Below, one piece after another: positions 60,243 through 64,000 of a stretch of 64,000 nucleotides of DNA; within the stretch, counting starts at the first letter, position 1, and each line of letters starts with the position of its first letter. Both the position numbers and the translations under genes were made by a program. The stretch is from NCBI GenBank assembly GCA_963851305.1, contig CAWKOT010000011.1, forward strand, positions 329,716-393,715. Direction: 5' to 3'. Below the pieces are notes generated by a model. That model had not been told where the DNA came from. It did not search any database and saw only the letters and a program-made list of their open reading frames with translations. The DNA comes from Pirellulaceae bacterium. GTDB taxonomy: Bacteria > Planctomycetota > Planctomycetia > Pirellulales > Pirellulaceae.

Positions 60243-60901
60243 CGTCCCACCGGTTTCAAATGACGTTCCAGCCACCGAATGATCGCGCTGGCAATCAGAC
60301 TCAACAGTAGAAAAATGCATCCGACGATGGTCAGCGGCTCAAGGTAGCGAAACGATTCGTTACCGATGATCTTGGCCCGTTCCAGCATTTCCAGCACCGT
60401 GATTGCCGATAACAGTGGCGTCTCCTTGAACATGGCGATCAGGTAGTTGCCCAGCGCGGGTATGATCGGAGGAATCGCCTGCGGCAGGATCACGTATCGC
60501 CACGTCTGCACTCGCGAAAAGTTCAGTGCCTGACTTGCCTCCCACTGGCCATTGGAAATCGAATTAATGCCCGCGCGATATACCTCGGATGTGTAACAGC
60601 TGTAATGCAGTCCGAGGGCCATGATGCCGCAGGCTAAAGGAGAAAGTGTTAATCCAAAGTTTGGCAGGACATAAAACAGAAAATAGACCTGAACCAGTAA
60701 CGGTGTGCTGCGAACGAATTCGACGATACCCAAGACGGGCAAGGCAATAATTGGCTGCCGGGAACGTCGGCACAGCGCCCACACCAGCCCCAGAATGAGA
60801 CTGATGGCAGTTCCGGCAAATACGGCCGACAACGTGACCCCCAGGCCCCGCAGGATGTCGGGCAACGATTCGAGCGCAAATTGCCAATCCCACATCATCA
60901 T
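60239..60901 (-). CDS. polar-amino-acid ABC transporter permease (HisM/EhuD-like)
   Basis: 220 aa, five TM segments, an EAA-like loop. Overlaps neighbours by 4 nt. Confidence 0.8.
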   Translation of the reverse strand: MMMWDWQFALESLPDILRGLGVTLSAVFAGTAISLILGLVWALCRRSRQPIIALPVLGIVEFVRSTPLLVQVYFLFYVLPNFGLTLSPLACGIMALGLHYSCYTSEVYRAGINSISNGQWEASQALNFSRVQTWRYVILPQAIPPIIPALGNYLIAMFKETPLLSAITVLEMLERAKIIGNESFRYLEPLTIVGCIFLLLSLIASAIIRWLERHLKPVGR

Positions 60902-61563
60902 CCTCGGGATTGCTCCAGGCCATGGGAAAATCGCCTTTCCAGCCAGCGGACGATCGCGGTGATAACCAGCGACAGGACAAAATAGATCACCAACAACACG
61001 CCAAAGATCTCGATGGTGCGATGGGTTTCATCTCGCAGAAACAGGCCCGCTCGAGTCAGATCGGTTACCGTGATCATGGACACCAGTGAAGTGCTCTTGA
61101 GCAATTCGATCATCAGGTTACCAAAGGGGGGCAGCATCATGACGATCGCTTGTGGCAAAATGACAAATCGCATTCTTTGCCATTTGGACATGTTCAGTGC
61201 AATGGCTGCTTCATGTTGTTCACGGGGGACGGCTCCGATCGCCGAGCGTACGACTTCGGCACCGTACGCGCCGATATTCAGTCCCAATACCAGGATGCCA
61301 ACCGTGATCGCGTCCAGTCGAATTCCCAATATCAGCGGCAACGCAAAATAAAACCAGAACAGCTGGACGAGGGCCGACGTACCCCGAAATAACTCGATAT
61401 AGCCGATCGTCAAGAAACGCACGATTACATCGGGCGAGTTGCGACTCAGGCCGGCGACAAGGGACATCAGTAATGCCAGCAGGCAACCTCCGAACGTAAT
61501 CAATAGCGTATTGCCAAGTCCGCGAGCGAACCATGGAGCCGAATCTACCAGGAACTCAAACAT
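60898..61563 (-). CDS. polar-amino-acid ABC transporter permease (HisQ/EhuC-like)
   Basis: 221 aa paralogous permease. Ends ...RWLERRFSHGLEQSRG. Confidence 0.8.
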   Translation of the reverse strand: MFEFLVDSAPWFARGLGNTLLITFGGCLLALLMSLVAGLSRNSPDVIVRFLTIGYIELFRGTSALVQLFWFYFALPLILGIRLDAITVGILVLGLNIGAYGAEVVRSAIGAVPREQHEAAIALNMSKWQRMRFVILPQAIVMMLPPFGNLMIELLKSTSLVSMITVTDLTRAGLFLRDETHRTIEIFGVLLVIYFVLSLVITAIVRWLERRFSHGLEQSRG

Positions 61564-61609
61564 TTTGGCGTCCTCGCCACGCGGCGAATCAGATTGAAGC
61601 AGCTCTCGA

Positions 61610-62562
61610 CTAACGGGCTGTGGTGCTTTCGTGAGCCGTTGGTCCGCTCTCGTCGGTATTCCCTGCTGCGCTCAAAATATCCTCAACGGAAACGTCTCCC
61701 GGCAACATCTCTGGGGAGAATCCGAACGGTCTGACCAGTGCCAGATGTTCTGGCGTGCCGATGAAATTGGCCAGCTCGCGATTGAAGGCATCACGCAGTT
61801 GAGCATCCTGCTGACGAAAACCGAAAGCGCCAGAATCCCTTGACCGATCGGCCATCGATCACCGGATCGGTGAAGGGGTCCGCCTTTTCGATGGAGCCAC
61901 TTGCTGCCTTCTGCAGCAGTTCATTGGCCGTCAAGGTTGTCGCTGCCAGCGCGTCGACGCGATCGGTTTTCAGTCCCTCGATTCCGCTGGGGTAGTCCGG
62001 GAAAATGACGATTCGATCATCCGGCACACCCAACGCCTTCGCGTAACCGTGTTCTACGCTGCCTCCCATGACTCCGATTCGCGCCGTGGAATGTTGCGCG
62101 ATGTCTTCAAAGCTGTGCAGTTCCAGAGGATTGTCCGCAGCCACGATAAACGACTCCCCGACGGCATAAGTCGGGTTGGAAAAACTGATTTCCTCCGCCC
62201 TGGCAGGCGTGATGTACATGCCGGCTGCAATCACATCAAATCGACCTGCTTTCAGTCCCGGGATCAGCGAACCAAATTCGGTCAATACCGGTTCAATCTG
62301 TCTTGCGCCCAACCTTTTCAGGATCAGCCGGGCAATCTCTGGAGCTTCGCCAGTGATTTGACCGCTGGAGCTGCTCAGGTAACCATACGGCGCTTCGTTG
62401 GCATATCCAATTCGGACGTGTCCCGTCGTCCGGATTTTTTCCAGCGCAGGATCCCGCGGGTCCATTACGGGATTGCGAAACGAAAAAAAAGGTCACGCCT
62501 GCCGCGACCATCAAAAGCAGGCCCAATCCCCACGGTCCAACTTTGTTCTGTTGATCTAGCAA
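61610..62562 (-). pseudogene. family-3 periplasmic substrate-binding protein of the ABC system, split over three frames
   Basis: Three pieces in three frames: the signal peptide (ORF 62293..62562, MLDQQNKVGPWGLGLLLMVAAGV), the main lobe (ORF 61791..62465, HVRIGYANEAPYGY...AGMYITPARAEEISFSNPTY) and the C-terminus (ORF 61610..61855, FGFRQQDAQLRDAFNRELANFIGTPEHLALVRPFGF). Confidence 0.65.
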
Positions 62563-62950
62563 AACTTGATCCCGCTGCCTTGCCTGTGTTGATGAGGGTA
62601 TCTCGGATTTCGAAGGTCAGCGTGTCTGACAGCAAACAATCAGAACCGTGCGACGGGAAATCGACGGCCTACCGATGCCGATAGTTTCGTATAAAATAGT
62701 TTCAGCTGCAAGTGTTCGACGTCCTGTCGCGCGGTCGACAGGATGATTGCGGTTCGGTCGATCGTGACCTGGAATGAAGACATAGAGTCAATCGTTCGGC
62801 GTTTTCGATGGACGCAAGGATTGCCCCGCCAAGGGATAACGCCCCGCGAATCTGGGAAATCGGAATTTTGAGCGAACGACTTTTGACCGTTCATCAGTGG
62901 GCCACGGTTGGCCCGACTCACCCCGCCAGCCTGTCTTGGAAAGTACTGTT

Positions 62951-64000
62951 TTGAAAATCGTACCGATCTCGGAAACGAAACTCGCCGGTGTCCCTCTGCG
63001 GCGGAGTTCGAAAAACATCGTGATTCTCAAGTTTGGAGGGACGACGGTGGGGGCGACCCGAGAACAGGCCAGAATCAGGCTGGCCCGGAAGACGATTGCC
63101 GATCTGATCGACAGTGGAAAGTTCGTCGTTCCCGTTTTTTCCGCTTACCGTCGAGGCCGGGGCGGTTCCAAGACCAAGCTCAGCGTGACTGATCTGCTCG
63201 AAAAACATCAGTCTTTCATCAGCAAACACGATTCGCTGGCAGCTGGTATGGACTGGCTGGGAAAGCAGTTGTTTGAGGCTCATTTCAACCTGATCGACGA
63301 TCTGGGCCTGAGTGATGACGATGGCTTGAACACGGAAATCCGTTGCGACCTTGACTGGCTGAACAACTTGATCACGATGTCCTGTACAGCTTACGAAACC
63401 ACGCCCAGCCTGAACGACATGATCATTACGGCGGGCGAACGGTTGGCCGTCAAAATCATGTCGGCCTACCTGAACCGGAAGCACGAGGAAAACAAGTTTC
63501 CGTTGACGACGGCGCCGGTGACCGCGATGGAGCTGGGGATCTATACCGACAATCGTTTTGGATCGGCGACGATCAACTGGGTCCGGGCGGTCGAGCACAG
63601 CCGTGAAGTCATCGTCGGTCAATTTCTCGAACGCGAGGTGATGCCCGTGGTCACCGGTTTTGATGGAATCTATGATCCAGGTAACGAGTTCAAGGAAATC
63701 ATGCAGTCGTCCGCCCCGGATCAACAGAAATTTGATACGCATTATTCGAAGGTCTATCGAACCAGTCTGGGCCGGGGCGGATCTGACTTGACGGCTACCT
63801 TCCTCGGGTTCGCCCTGGATGCCGAATACGTCGGATTCTGTAAGGAAACGGCCGGCGTGCTGACGGGTGACGATCTGCTCGTCGGGCAGTCCGCCAGGAC
63901 CGTTCCCCAGCTGAATTACGAATTGGCCACCGAGGCCGGCAATATCTACGCACGGGCGGTGGAACCGGTAAGGTACGGCCAGATAGACGTCCATATATTC
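62951..64000 (+). CDS. aspartate kinase (amino-acid-kinase family), 3' end beyond the window; probable TTG start
   Basis: The frame is open from 62840 to the window end. Aspartokinase N-terminal motifs NIVILKFGGTTVG, VVPVFSAY and ITAGERLAVKIMSAYL are present. There is no ATG; TTG at 62951 or 62936. Not in the ORF track because no stop lies in the window. Confidence 0.55.
   Translation, partial: MKIVPISETKLAGVPLRRSSKNIVILKFGGTTVGATREQARIRLARKTIADLIDSGKFVVPVFSAYRRGRGGSKTKLSVTDLLEKHQSFISKHDSLAAGMDWLGKQLFEAHFNLIDDLGLSDDDGLNTEIRCDLDWLNNLITMSCTAYETTPSLNDMIITAGERLAVKIMSAYLNRKHEENKFPLTTAPVTAMELGIYTDNRFGSATINWVRAVEHSREVIVGQFLEREVMPVVTGFDGIYDPGNEFKEIMQSSAPDQQKFDTHYSKVYRTSLGRGGSDLTATFLGFALDAEYVGFCKETAGVLTGDDLLVGQSARTVPQLNYELATEAGNIYARAVEPVRYGQIDVHIF

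Noticed and set aside
61559-61625. EhuBCDA (ectoine uptake) identity for the amino-acid ABC transporter
   Set aside because: The gene order matches (SBP, two permeases, ATPase), but no ectoine-catabolic genes are adjacent and the SBP is too fragmented to judge ligand residues. Kept as a generic polar-amino-acid transporter.
62918-63994. 358-aa minus-strand ORF at the right end of the window
   Set aside because: It is antisense to a plus-strand frame encoding clear aspartate-kinase motifs (KFGGTTVG, VVPVFSAY). The plus frame is missing from the track only because its stop lies outside the window.

Overview
A 64-kb window, 58-60% GC, gene-dense, that looks like a Planctomycetota chromosome. 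The taxonomic markers are a DUF1559 (H-X9-DG) domain, a PEP-CTERM protein and a BatA-like double-TM VWA protein.

The main features, in order:
- a compact histidine-biosynthesis operon on the minus strand (hisG, a hisC-HAD-phosphatase fusion, hisB, hisH, hisF, a hisA-hisI-hisE fusion, hisD), most genes overlapping by 4 nt;
- a translationally coupled triplet of HtrA/DegP-like proteins, of which only the first keeps the His/Asp/Ser catalytic triad;
- a tightly packed array of about 18 tRNA genes on the minus strand (33.05-35.39 kb) with 7-16 nt spacers, covering 16 amino-acid identities, several with non-canonical positions and two terminal members whose acceptor-stem halves do not pair;
- a duplicated structured leader of about 110 nt in front of two adjacent membrane-lipid genes (a DUF4105-like protein and cardiolipin synthase);
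- a large fusion protein combining an NPP-type phosphodiesterase, TPR repeats and a sulfotransferase domain;
- a polar-amino-acid ABC transporter and an ECF sigma / anti-sigma pair.

Separately, at least 12-14 genes are split between reading frames by single-base shifts, several of them in homopolymer runs. This points to assembly indel errors or, less likely, genome decay, and it reduces confidence in individual CDS boundaries.
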